In this document: piece by piece, positions 1 through 8,960 of the stretch
Position numbering within the stretch: the stretch's first letter is position 1
Layout: each line of letters begins with the position of its first letter
IMG/VR virus record: IMGVR_UViG_3300013132_000201
Span: 1 to 27,960 of that record
Length of the DNA stretch: 27,960 bases
Strand: one strand, 5' to 3'
DNA from: a virus
Taxonomy: Duplodnaviria; Caudoviricetes
Program-made: the position numbers and the translations under genes
Notes under the pieces: generated by a model
Seen by the model: the letters and a program-made list of their open reading frames with translations, nothing else
Databases searched by the model: none
What the model was told of the DNA's origin: nothing

Positions 1-2
1 GT

Positions 3-3000
3 TAGGGCTTGTGTTGCAGAAACAATTTGTCCATTATTGTTCATATATACGTCTTCAACATTACTTACCCTAAAGACACCTGGCTTAATTCCAGGGACAT
101 TTGTTTCTGTACTAATAACAATTGGTACAGAATCTCCAGATTGTCTTAATGTTCTTAATTCTGAAACTATTGTATTAAAATCTTCTGGCGTTCTTGCAAT
201 AAATCTTCTTTGACTATTAACATCTAGATCTGCCAATTCTAGTTGTCTATCTATATTTATAGACCTTCCAGTTTCTTCTGCTTGTTTTCTTATTGCAGCT
301 TTTCTTCCTTCTGCTAATTTAATTTTTCTTTCTAATGCTATGTTTTCACGTTCTAAAATTAAATTAAGAGCATTAGGATCAAATGGGTCATCATATAATC
401 CTCTACTTACTGTTTCCCCTGCCTTACCAATATTTCCATATGATAATCCATATCTTTCACGAAGTTGATCAATAAGTTCTCTTTCTCTTTTTGCTCCAGC
501 ATTATTAGCTGCATGTGCTGCAGCCATTCCTTGATTTCCTGTATACCCACCAGTTGGCAACATAAATTCTTGTCCTGGGGCAAGTGATCCAGCTCTAATT
601 GCAGCTCTTAATTCTGTGTCAAGTCCAGGGTATGAAGCAGTAAGTCCTCTATGCATTACACCAGAATGTGGGGTAGCAAGTCCTCTAATTAATGTTTGTT
701 CTTCAGCATTTAATTTTTGCCATCCCGTATTTTGATATTTTTGAATTGCAGCCATAACTTGTGGATTTTTTTGAGCAGCACCAATCATTGATGCTGCATA
801 ACGAGCAAGACCACCTGGATTTGGACCACCGAAATATTGAACTCCAGGAATTAGTCCACCCTTATTCATTATAAGCGAGTCTGCTTTTTTAGCCTTTCCA
901 GTTACCAAATTAAATGGATCATCATATAATGATGTATATTGTTGAACTTCTTCACTTTTATCATATCTAAATTTTGCTAGTCCCGATAAAAGTGATATAT
1001 CTGCATCATTGTATGTGCCATCAAATACTGAAGAATATCTTTTATCCTTTCTTAATGCCATAAGTAATTTATCAAGTTGTTCATATTCTCTTAGTGTTGT
1101 AGGATGTCTGCCATTCATTAAAGAATTATAAAATTTTAATAAATTATTATTTTGTGCAACATCTCGCATTAATTTCTTTTTTTCTTCAGACGCATTTTTA
1201 AATAATTGATTTAATATATGATTTTCTGCTGCGGAAGTAAATCTAATATTTCCTAATCTCCAAAACTTTAAACCATTTCTTTTTTCTTCATTAACATGTG
1301 CTGTAGCAATTCTTCTATAAAAGGCTGGCATCAAGGGGCGTCCTCGATGACCTCCAAGTCTTTGTGCATCTGCTAAAATTCTTTCATCTATTTCCGTACC
1401 TAAACGAGATTTAAGCGTTCTAAATTCTGAAGGAGCATTTCTTGTTGTTGAAGTTATTCCTTTAATCATTTTTTCTTTTGCTTTTTGTGCTACTTTGAAA
1501 ACTGTTCCAGCCACTGAAAAATACTGAACTCCAGGAATTTTTCCACCCATATTCAAATATGGAATAGATTCGCTTGCATGAATAAGAGTGGGGTTTTCCA
1601 TGCCAAATATTCCAGTCTTAGGTATTCTTTGATATGAATATCCAAAACCAGGAATATTTCTTGTATACCCTGGTTCAATAAGAAGTGGATTAGTTGTTCC
1701 TAACAACCCTTCTGGCATTAAATAAGCATTTCTTGGGTTTCCAGGTCTACCAACATCAATAATTGTTGGAGTCATTCCAGTTCGTTGTTGAAGTAATGCT
1801 GCTGTTGGGGGAACACCCTGTCCTCTTAATGTTGCAAGTAAATCTGCGGGAAGACTAAATCTTATTGAACCTTGCTCTCTTCTTATTGCATCATATAAAG
1901 TAGTAAGTCCAGCACTTTCAAATGCAGTCCTTGTTGCATCATATAGTTGTGGATCAGAAGTTCCTCTAATACCAGATCTTACTGCCCCTGGCAATCTGGC
2001 AGCAATTAAATCTGCTGCTGTTGAAGCATTTATTCCAATTCTTGCTAATTCTACTTGTGCTGCTGGAACATTTTGGAAAGTTGAAAGGAAAAAATCTCTT
2101 GAACCAGTCATTGCTCTTACGTCAGAAATATCTGCAATACCTCTTCTTAGATCTTCATTAATCTTCCTTGGTCCAATACCAACAAGAGATGTTGGTCGTT
2201 GAACCGCTCCAACACCAAGTAGTTCATTTAATGCAATTCTTTGCTCATGTGTAAGATCACTAATTCTTGTAACTGGGCCAATAGATCCTAATGTAGAGAC
2301 ATTTCTAGCTTGTGATGGACCAGATAAAAGATTTCTCATTCTTGTACTTGATTCCATTAATTGTTGAAGTGTTGGTGGTTGATTTGGAATATTTGGTACT
2401 GGATATTTATATAAAGCATAGTATCCAACACCTGGCATTCTTCCACCCTTATTTGCTCCTTGAATTTTTCCACCATTATTAATAGTTTGAAGTAATCCAA
2501 GATTTTTTGAAGTAGCTTCCTTATTTACAACAAATTCTCCAGGAGTCAACATTGCTGGAACGGTGTCGGTATTTCCAAATCCTGGAACAGTTGTTCCTGA
2601 TCCATCATTGTAATATGGAATATTGCCACCACGATTTCTTCTTATTGGTGCTCTCATTCTTGTTCTAACAGGTCTTTCTTGTGCTGTTGCTCCAGCCATA
2701 GCTGCTGGACCAAACATTTGAGGACTCATTTCTGCAATTTGAATTTGTTTTTGAATAACAATGTCGTATGCTTCTGTTAATCTTGCAAGTGCTACAGATG
2801 TTGCATTTGCTGCACCAACCTGTGACATTAATGCTTCATTTGCAATGCCAGTTGAAACTCCAAGTTGTCTTGCAGCATTTGCTGCATCTATTTCTTCAAG
2901 AGACATGTATCTAAGAGATTGAGAAACTGCTTGAACTGCTCCAGCAAATCCACCCTTACCAAATCCTTTAACAGCAACGCCAATAATGTGTCCAAATTTT

Positions 3001-4685
3001 GTAAGTGTTCCAGCTAAGTTCATAAGTAAACCAAGGAACATGGTGCCAGCAGGAACAACGACACCAACGAGAATGGTTCCAATAGCAGCAATATTTTTTA
3101 CACCGTCTGGAAGCTGATTAAACTTATCTAATATTGAAGTAAAGAAATTAAGAATTGGAGTAGCAACCTTCATAAACATTTCGCCAATTGGAGCAATGGC
3201 AAGTTTAAATTTTTCTATAGCTGCAGTAAATTTAGTTGAAGTTGCTTCAGAAATTACACTTAATTCTTTTTCAGCAGATTTTGCCATTTGTTCTGCTGAT
3301 AAACCAGTTAGCTGTAAAACTTTAGATGCCTGAGTTCCATCTTTAATAATATTGTCAAAAAGTGCCCCAAGTCTTGCATACTGATATTTACCAAAAAGTT
3401 CTTCTAGAGCTTGTTGACGAGTAAACGTATCAAGTCTTGATAACGCTCGTCCAAAATCTTGAACAGTTCCCATAAGATCGCCACGATTAGCTTGAACTAT
3501 TCCCTTAATATTTACTCCCATTTTTGCTAATGATTCTGCAGCCTTATCTGTTGGATTAATAAGTGATCCAAGACCAGACTTTAGAGCATTTGCACCTTGT
3601 GCAGCACTTACTCCACCTTCTTCCATTGCTGCCATAAATGCAGCAAGATCCCTAACATTTCCACCCAAACCAACAATTACGGGTGCCACTCTTGGAATAG
3701 CTTCTGTTAAATCTTGAAGAGTAACAACGGTTTGATTTTCTACCATATTTAGAAAGTCAATTTCTTTAGTTAGATCTGATGCGGATAATTTAAAAGCATT
3801 TTGAAGAGCAATGGTTGCCGTTAATGCTTCTTGTTGATCTAACTGTCCAAGGGTTGCAAGTCTTGTTGCTTCCGTTGTTGCAGAAATAAGTTTTTCATTT
3901 TGTGCTCCAGATGCTGCTGCTTCTGCAGCAAGGCCAATAGTATCTTTAACAGCAATACCATATTTTGTAAATTCTGCAGCTAAACCTTTAATTGCTTGAG
4001 TATTTTTATCTAATTCTGCTGGTGTTGTAAATGCATCACCGTATACTTTTCTAAATCTAACAAGTGCCTGATCAATATCAGCAAATGCTTTACCAGCGGC
4101 TGTAGCAAAAATTGTTAAGGGTACAGTAAAACCAACCATGAGCTGGCGGCCAGCCCATTGAGTATTCTTACCAAAGTTAATCATAGACGTTGTAGCTTGA
4201 CGAAGCATTGCTCTATGAATAGCAAGTCTTTCATTAGATACTGCTGCTTCTGCATTAAATGCTGCTAGGGGACGAATAGCAATAGCATCTTTAAATCCAC
4301 CAACAGATTGCCCAGCAGAAATAAAACTTGTTTGTAATGCTTGTACTCTTGAATGAGCTAATGAAAGAACTTCTGCTGCTGCTGCACTATCTTTAATAAA
4401 TCTAGCACTAAAGAATTGACCAAGAGTTCCCTTTCCTTTAGAAAGTGTTTGATCAAGTCTGCGTGCAGAAGTCTCCATCTTAACTTGTTGTGCAGTAAAC
4501 ATTTGACTCATATTTACTGCATTCATCAAGTCTGATGAAAGAGCACGCATAGCATCAGACTGAACAACACTATTTTTATTTAGTGTTAAATTAAATGCAT
4601 TGATTTGACTTTGAAGTTGTCGAAGTCCTGCAGCCGCACCAGCGGTATTAATATCAATATTAATTACTGCTCTTGCATCAGCCAT
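3..4685 (-). CDS. Tail tape measure protein (TP901-like core) with modular C-terminal cargo cassettes; 3' end truncated by the window edge (>1560 aa)
   Basis: Not in the ORF track. ATG at 4685-4683 overlaps the upstream stop (TAATG). Starts MADARAVINIDINTAGAAAGLRQ; has the TMP core GKNTQWAGRQLMVGFTVPL...AAMEEGGVSAAQGANALKSG and DTVPAMLTPGEFVVNK. Codon-by-codon translation of 2700->3 shows no stop. Lies directly after the tail chaperone genes. Confidence 0.95.
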   Translation of the reverse strand, partial: MADARAVINIDINTAGAAAGLRQLQSQINAFNLTLNKNSVVQSDAMRALSSDLMNAVNMSQMFTAQQVKMETSARRLDQTLSKGKGTLGQFFSARFIKDSAAAAEVLSLAHSRVQALQTSFISAGQSVGGFKDAIAIRPLAAFNAEAAVSNERLAIHRAMLRQATTSMINFGKNTQWAGRQLMVGFTVPLTIFATAAGKAFADIDQALVRFRKVYGDAFTTPAELDKNTQAIKGLAAEFTKYGIAVKDTIGLAAEAAASGAQNEKLISATTEATRLATLGQLDQQEALTATIALQNAFKLSASDLTKEIDFLNMVENQTVVTLQDLTEAIPRVAPVIVGLGGNVRDLAAFMAAMEEGGVSAAQGANALKSGLGSLINPTDKAAESLAKMGVNIKGIVQANRGDLMGTVQDFGRALSRLDTFTRQQALEELFGKYQYARLGALFDNIIKDGTQASKVLQLTGLSAEQMAKSAEKELSVISEATSTKFTAAIEKFKLAIAPIGEMFMKVATPILNFFTSILDKFNQLPDGVKNIAAIGTILVGVVVPAGTMFLGLLMNLAGTLTKFGHIIGVAVKGFGKGGFAGAVQAVSQSLRYMSLEEIDAANAARQLGVSTGIANEALMSQVGAANATSVALARLTEAYDIVIQKQIQIAEMSPQMFGPAAMAGATAQERPVRTRMRAPIRRNRGGNIPYYNDGSGTTVPGFGNTDTVPAMLTPGEFVVNKEATSKNLGLLQTINNGGKIQGANKGGRMPGVGYYALYKYPVPNIPNQPPTLQQLMESSTRMRNLLSGPSQARNVSTLGSIGPVTRISDLTHEQRIALNELLGVGAVQRPTSLVGIGPRKINEDLRRGIADISDVRAMTGSRDFFLSTFQNVPAAQVELARIGINASTAADLIAARLPGAVRSGIRGTSDPQLYDATRTAFESAGLTTLYDAIRREQGSIRFSLPADLLATLRGQGVPPTAALLQQRTGMTPTIIDVGRPGNPRNAYLMPEGLLGTTNPLLIEPGYTRNIPGFGYSYQRIPKTGIFGMENPTLIHASESIPYLNMGGKIPGVQYFSVAGTVFKVAQKAKEKMIKGITSTTRNAPSEFRTLKSRLGTEIDERILADAQRLGGHRGRPLMPAFYRRIATAHVNEEKRNGLKFWRLGNIRFTSAAENHILNQLFKNASEEKKKLMRDVAQNNNLLKFYNSLMNGRHPTTLREYEQLDKLLMALRKDKRYSSVFDGTYNDADISLLSGLAKFRYDKSEEVQQYTSLYDDPFNLVTGKAKKADSLIMNKGGLIPGVQYFGGPNPGGLARYAASMIGAAQKNPQVMAAIQKYQNTGWQKLNAEEQTLIRGLATPHSGVMHRGLTASYPGLDTELRAAIRAGSLAPGQEFMLPTGGYTGNQGMAAAHAANNAGAKRERELIDQLRERYGLSYGNIGKAGETVSRGLYDDPFDPNALNLILERENIALERKIKLAEGRKAAIRKQAEETGRSINIDRQLELADLDVNSQRRFIARTPEDFNTIVSELRTLRQSGDSVPIVISTETNVPGIKPGVFRVSNVEDVYMNNNGQIVSATQAL
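832..2635 (-). repeat. Dispersed linker repeats in the TMP, consensus N-x-G-G-x-(I/M)-P-G-V-x-Y
   Basis: MNKGGLIPGVQYF (832-868), LNMGGKIPGVQYF (1519-1555), ANKGGRMPGVGYY (~2418-2456), partial INNGGKIQG (~2460-2483) and RNRGGNIPYY (~2610-2636). The first two copies are 33/37 nt identical. Confidence 0.85.
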
Positions 4686-5056
4686 TACTTCTTCACCTCG
4701 TAATCAAGACCTTCACCGATTCCAAATCCAGCTCTTTGTGCTGCATATCCTTGAAGAGAAAGAATGTCATGGGGATCGGAAGTTTGACCACCACTAAATG
4801 CCCTGGCTTTCATAGCTTCCCAAGGATTGATTTCTTGAGTTTGTTCATCAAGATTGATTCCCTTGAGTGCTGCAAAGAATTTTTTATTTTCATAATCTTC
4901 TTTATTCTTTGCTTCTAGTATAGCTACCAATTCTGGCATTGATAGGTTGTCCTCCAATTCTTGGTAATCCTTCCACTTTCCTATAAGGAATACCTGTGAT
5001 TCTAGGGCGACTAAATCTAGTTCGTTCCAGCTAGAGCCGCCGCTAGTGCGTTTGGG
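4685..5056 (-). CDS. C-terminal part of the tail assembly chaperone frameshift product (gpT-like); the -1 frame is open from the slippery site
   Basis: The frame of ORF 4685..4957 stays open upstream (PKRTSGGSSWNELDLVALESQVFLIGKWKDYQELEDNLSMPEL...) to 5056, where a TGA immediately precedes CCCAAAC. Predicted fusion is about 222 aa. Confidence 0.85.
   Translation of the reverse strand, partial: PKRTSGGSSWNELDLVALESQVFLIGKWKDYQELEDNLSMPELVAILEAKNKEDYENKKFFAALKGINLDEQTQEINPWEAMKARAFSGGQTSDPHDILSLQGYAAQRAGFGIGEGLDYEVKK
5002..5056 (-). other. Programmed -1 ribosomal frameshift signal: C CCA AAC heptamer plus downstream hairpin
   Basis: X XXY YYZ heptamer at 5056-5050 in the correct phase. Downstream stem CUAG-C-GGCGGCU-CUAG / CUAG-AUUU-AGUCGCC-CUAG spans 5046-5002. 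Canonical position between tail tube and TMP genes. Confidence 0.85.
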
Positions 5057-5352
5057 TCATTCAGCTTGATCCCTGCTGCTATTTCAATAATTTTATAGAC
5101 AGTTGGTAGATCAATTAGTTCTTCCATTTGTTCTTTTGTTGCAAGTTCTGCGTTATATTGCTTCATTGCGATAACTGCACAATCAAGAAGTAAGTTCATT
5201 GACTTGATATTATCTTCTGCAATTTTCTCATCGCTAATCTTTTGAAATTCTTTCATAAAATCACGAAGTAGTGAGATCTTGAGTGGACGAAGACTTACTA
5301 CCGTTCCATCAAGAAGCTCTACATCTACTATGTCGTACACTTGTGTTGCCAT
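5017..5352 (-). CDS. Tail assembly chaperone (gpG-like)
   Basis: 111 aa, AGGAGG RBS, located between tail tube and TMP genes, slippery site near its 3' end. Confidence 0.85.
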   Translation of the reverse strand: MATQVYDIVDVELLDGTVVSLRPLKISLLRDFMKEFQKISDEKIAEDNIKSMNLLLDCAVIAMKQYNAELATKEQMEELIDLPTVYKIIEIAAGIKLNDPNALAAALAGTN

Positions 5353-5377
5353 TAATATCCTCCTAGACTATAAATAA

Positions 5378-5386
5378 ATTATAACA
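5378..5386 (-). promoter_or_regulatory. Extended -10 promoter (TGTTATAAT) for the chaperone-TMP unit
   Basis: Exact TGnTATAAT just downstream of the terminator and upstream of the RBS. Confidence 0.7.
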
Positions 5387-5394
5387 TAGGGGGT

Positions 5395-5431
5395 AAAAAG
5401 ATTTAGCCCACCCCTTTCAGAGTGGGCCAAA
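5395..5431 (-). terminator. Intrinsic terminator after the tail tube gene
   Basis: UUUGGCCCACUCU-GAAA-GGGGUGGGCUAAA hairpin followed by UCUUUUU. Confidence 0.85.
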
Positions 5432-5446
5432 CCAATTATTTAATTA

Positions 5447-6142
5447 TTAGACTGCACCTGTGTAAGATACAACTCTGTCAACGATTTTTCCGTAAGAACC
5501 GTTAGAAGCTGGCATTAGACGGAATGTTACCTCAAATGTAGAGGGAGCATCACGTTTTGCTGTAGCTGAAACGTTCTGGATAGATAGAACACGAAGAGCT
5601 GCATATACACGTTGTACTGCACTATTGCCTGTTGCTGCTGGATCACCTGTGCCTGGGCCTACGGCGATTAGAGCTCTTTCTAGTGGAACCTCTCCAAGAT
5701 TGCCAGACTGTACGTTTAGAGCCTGACGAGAAGATGAACCAGTGCCAGTAAGATCTGCTGTAGCACCAGCAATTGCAATAAGTAGGTTGTCTAGAGTACC
5801 CTCTGCGAATCCTGTTACGAGGTTAACCTGCATACCTTGCTTGTACATACGAGCAACGTCTAGTAGCTGATCAACTGCAACCTCACCAAAGTTTGGTTGG
5901 AATTGAACTTCAAGGCCATTCATTGTGTAACCAACGTTTGTCCATGTAGCTGAAGAGCTAGCTAGTGTATCTTCGTATCTTGTATTTCCAACGAATGCTG
6001 GAATACCGCTTGTTGTTTCACCTGAGAATACATATGTGGCAGAAGCTGCTGTACCTGAGTAGTATTCAAGTGGGCCTCCGTTAGCTACAAAGACCTGAGC
6101 TGCACCAACAATAATATTCTTAGCGTCACCTAGTGTTGCCAT
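5447..6142 (-). CDS. Major tail (tube) protein
   Basis: 231 aa; NIIVGAAQVFV, VGYTMNGLE..F.P.FGEV.VDQL and FEVTFRL motifs typical of siphovirus tail tube proteins; followed by its own terminator and the chaperone gene. Confidence 0.88.
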   Translation of the reverse strand: MATLGDAKNIIVGAAQVFVANGGPLEYYSGTAASATYVFSGETTSGIPAFVGNTRYEDTLASSSATWTNVGYTMNGLEVQFQPNFGEVAVDQLLDVARMYKQGMQVNLVTGFAEGTLDNLLIAIAGATADLTGTGSSSRQALNVQSGNLGEVPLERALIAVGPGTGDPAATGNSAVQRVYAALRVLSIQNVSATAKRDAPSTFEVTFRLMPASNGSYGKIVDRVVSYTGAV

Positions 6143-6201
6143 TTACTTTCACCCCTTATTTTTTATAGGATATTTTTGGCGTGGGGCGTTTCCTCATAAT
6201 A

Positions 6202-6207
6202 ATTATA
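6202..6207 (-). promoter_or_regulatory. -10 element (TATAAT) for the tail tube gene; predicted TSS about 6196
   Basis: Consensus TATAAT in the 74-nt gap; SD AAGGGGTG at 6157-6150. Confidence 0.6.
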
Positions 6208-6216
6208 TACGAGTAT

Positions 6217-6717
6217 TTAACCATTATTATACATATTTGATATATGATAATCGTATCGAATAACAAGTTCTGTTGAGAACATTTTGTTTGTTCCACTTTG
6301 TTGACTTGTTGGGCCAATATATTTTAATTGAGTAACATTAATGCATTGAATAAATATATTATCATTGCTTAGTGTTGTACCCGCATATTCATTAATATCA
6401 TTAGCTGCAGCATCTTCTCTATCTAGTACATTCATAATAAAGTCTCGCCATTCAAAAACCTCTGATATTGATCCCTTAATTGAGTACATCATCTGCGTAG
6501 ACTTAACGGGATAAAAATATTTATTAATTGATCTTGGACGAATAAAAGAATCATAAACAATATATGGTTTATTTCCCCATGCAGTATCGCCAGCTTTTAC
6601 ATCAGAGACTGGGAAGAATGGAACAATAGAACTATATTTATTATAAGTAGTTGGTTTTGCTATTTGAAACTGTCTCCATACATATTTATTAATTAGTACC
6701 TCTGAATATTCACTCAT
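6217..6717 (-). CDS. Probable tail terminator protein
   Basis: 166 aa, PYIVY motif, immediately upstream of the tail tube gene (synteny-based). Confidence 0.6.
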   Translation of the reverse strand: MSEYSEVLINKYVWRQFQIAKPTTYNKYSSIVPFFPVSDVKAGDTAWGNKPYIVYDSFIRPRSINKYFYPVKSTQMMYSIKGSISEVFEWRDFIMNVLDREDAAANDINEYAGTTLSNDNIFIQCINVTQLKYIGPTSQQSGTNKMFSTELVIRYDYHISNMYNNG

Positions 6718-7406
6718 TACATTTCACCTACAGGCATGTTCATAACCCATGACAAGGCTGTTTTTCTACCAATTCCTCGTGGATCTGATGACTTTATAGC
6801 AGATGAAAAATTTTGCTCGTATGGTTTTGCATCCATAAAGTATTGATAATATCTTATTGCTCTAAGATAAACTTCTTCAAAATAACGACCATAAAACTCT
6901 TCAAATGCTTTAACAAAGGATCCACGAACTTCTGGTCCACCAGGATTTTCTACAATAATTGGACCTGTTCTAAAATATTCTGTTCCATCAACTTCAAAGA
7001 AAAGTGCCTCTGCTTCTACTTCTTGAATGCTAACAGTTATTCCATCTTCCATAATTCTTGCCTTATCATAAAATACTTGATCAGAAGTATTGGTTGGAGT
7101 TTCAGATTGAAGAAAATCTGCTTCAATAACTGCAGTCTTTTTGCCAAGTGCTCTTTTTAATTGGAATAGTCTTGAGTTAGGATCACCTACTCTACCCCAC
7201 TCATATACATGATGCAACATACCTGGATTTACTCGTGCAAGCTGATCCATATAATCATAAAATTCATCAACGCTAGCTTTAGATAATCTTGCCATAATCA
7301 TTGATTCCTGAGCCTTTGTTTCTGTAATAAATCCATCAGTATATTCCACCAAAGACTTTAACATTTTTTTTGCTTCTCTGCCGTCCATTTTTACTTTATA
7401 CATCAT
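6717..7406 (-). CDS. Probable neck/tail completion protein
   Basis: 229 aa, LHHVYEW...G.P..RLF motif, translationally coupled within the head-tail block (synteny-based). Confidence 0.55.
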   Translation of the reverse strand: MMYKVKMDGREAKKMLKSLVEYTDGFITETKAQESMIMARLSKASVDEFYDYMDQLARVNPGMLHHVYEWGRVGDPNSRLFQLKRALGKKTAVIEADFLQSETPTNTSDQVFYDKARIMEDGITVSIQEVEAEALFFEVDGTEYFRTGPIIVENPGGPEVRGSFVKAFEEFYGRYFEEVYLRAIRYYQYFMDAKPYEQNFSSAIKSSDPRGIGRKTALSWVMNMPVGEM

Positions 7407-7837
7407 ATGTCCTGATTATCCGACCTAATAAGAGCTATTCTATAACCTTCAAGAACGCTAAACATATTAAACATTGGTTCAACATTTCGTATTTCAAATA
7501 CTGTTGATTCATCTGCAGATTCTTTCCAAACCAATTTGCCAGAATTATCTTTAATATCACGAACAAGTATGTCAGTTATTCTGTATGATGATTCGTCTGA
7601 TGATTTAAGAATATCTTCATTTGTACGCATTGTTATAAATAAATCATATTCAATAAATTTTTCTGGATCTAAAGCTACAGCAATTCTAGAGTCTGTATTT
7701 CTTTTAATAGCAGAACATGCAATAGTTCTATCTTTTGACCAAGTTTTTGTTACTTCTCCCATGTCATTTTGTGTTTGAGTGGAATAATAAATATCTGCCG
7801 TCATTGGATAAAAAATTTCATCTAAGCTTTTTAACAT
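7403..7837 (-). CDS. Probable head-closure (stopper) protein
   Basis: 144 aa, beta-rich, Q(N)DMGEV.K.W motif typical of SPP1 gp16-like proteins; follows the adaptor gene. Confidence 0.65.
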   Translation of the reverse strand: MLKSLDEIFYPMTADIYYSTQTQNDMGEVTKTWSKDRTIACSAIKRNTDSRIAVALDPEKFIEYDLFITMRTNEDILKSSDESSYRITDILVRDIKDNSGKLVWKESADESTVFEIRNVEPMFNMFSVLEGYRIALIRSDNQDI

Positions 7838-8703
7838 TAGATCACTCCAGGAATTATTCTGTTCTTATACTTTGATAAAATTTTATCTACAGTAAAATTT
7901 CCTGTTCCCGATGCAAATGAGTTTGCAAACTGTACTTTGAATTCATTATTGTCAAATGATTGAATATATTTTCCAATATACATATTATTTCCAGAGACAA
8001 CATCTGACATTAATGACTCACAAGCAAGTTGAATATCTGCTGGAACTACTCTATACCCAAAGTCTCCATCAATCAGGTAGTCATAATTTACAGCAAAGTT
8101 TGCAGAGAGGTATCTATCCTCCCATACAACTTTATATTCCATTTTATCTTCAAGGCTATCTGATGGAATAATAGATGACTTATCAACACTAATTTTATAA
8201 TCATTAAGATCTGCATCACTAGAATCGTGGATAAGAACTCCATTTTCATACATCTTATAAAGTGTTTGAATTCTTTCATTAATTGGAAGGTAGTCAAGAC
8301 CCATGCCTGTAACTTCTTTATTCTTTCTTATAAAATAAAATTGTCCAGCTTCTGATTCAATAAGGAATCTTGCAGCCTGCTCATATTGTATTGCCTGAGC
8401 TGTTGTAATATTAAGTTTTTCTTTAACTTCAGTAATATTACAGTATGGGCGAACAATATTTATATCTGTTGAATAAACAAGATTTGTTGATTGATATACA
8501 GATGCTTCAAGAACTCCGCTATAAGTAAGATAATAATTATCTAAAGTAAATGTTACTGCTTTTGCAGAGGTAGAAGTTGCAGATGCAGAATATGATGTTC
8601 CTGTAATAAGATCTTCATACTCAATTGTATATAGGGTATTAGCAGAGCTGACATTAAATTTGGCCTGAATACTTGTAGTTTCAGGAAGTCTTAAAATTTC
8701 CAT
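7837..8703 (-). CDS. Probable head-tail adaptor/connector with N-terminal beta extension
   Basis: 288 aa; RPYC...AR..IE, GY..VP.DI..A and TGN..VD.IL..Y motifs of gp6/gp15-type adaptors; downstream of the MCP gene. Confidence 0.7.
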   Translation of the reverse strand: MEILRLPETTSIQAKFNVSSANTLYTIEYEDLITGTSYSASATSTSAKAVTFTLDNYYLTYSGVLEASVYQSTNLVYSTDINIVRPYCNITEVKEKLNITTAQAIQYEQAARFLIESEAGQFYFIRKNKEVTGMGLDYLPINERIQTLYKMYENGVLIHDSSDADLNDYKISVDKSSIIPSDSLEDKMEYKVVWEDRYLSANFAVNYDYLIDGDFGYRVVPADIQLACESLMSDVVSGNNMYIGKYIQSFDNNEFKVQFANSFASGTGNFTVDKILSKYKNRIIPGVI

Positions 8704-8880
8704 TTATACCCCATATGCAGTAGCAACTTCTTGTGGATTAGCAATTCTTACCTTATTGGTAATATGCATCCATGCTTCTGCTTCTTCAATAGTGATGATA
8801 TTATATCCTTGACTTAATCTGCCCAACTTGCTATCAAATAAACCATTTTCAACATGAACAGCAATTCGTGTTGATGACAC
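8704..8880 (-). CDS. Small hypothetical protein (58 aa) missed by the ORF track
   Basis: GGAGG RBS, GTG start, MSSTRIAVHVENGLFDSKLGRLSQGYNIITIEEAEAWMHITNKVRIANPQEVATAYGV*. The stop abuts the next ATG and the ORF fills the gap exactly. Confidence 0.85.
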   Translation of the reverse strand: MSSTRIAVHVENGLFDSKLGRLSQGYNIITIEEAEAWMHITNKVRIANPQEVATAYGV

Positions 8881-8898
8881 AATATCCTCCTGATTTAA

Positions 8899-8907
8899 AT
8901 TATATCA
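8899..8907 (-). promoter_or_regulatory. Extended -10 promoter (TGATATAAT) for the head-tail block
   Basis: Exact TGnTATAAT just downstream of the MCP terminator. Confidence 0.7.
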
Positions 8908-8911
8908 TTAT

Positions 8912-8940
8912 AAAGAAAGAAGGGAGGCTTTCGCCTCCCT
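8912..8940 (-). terminator. Intrinsic terminator after the major capsid gene
   Basis: AGGGAGGC-GAAA-GCCUCCCU followed by UCUUUCUUU. Confidence 0.9.
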
Positions 8941-8960
8941 CCCATCATATTTAGTTATGA

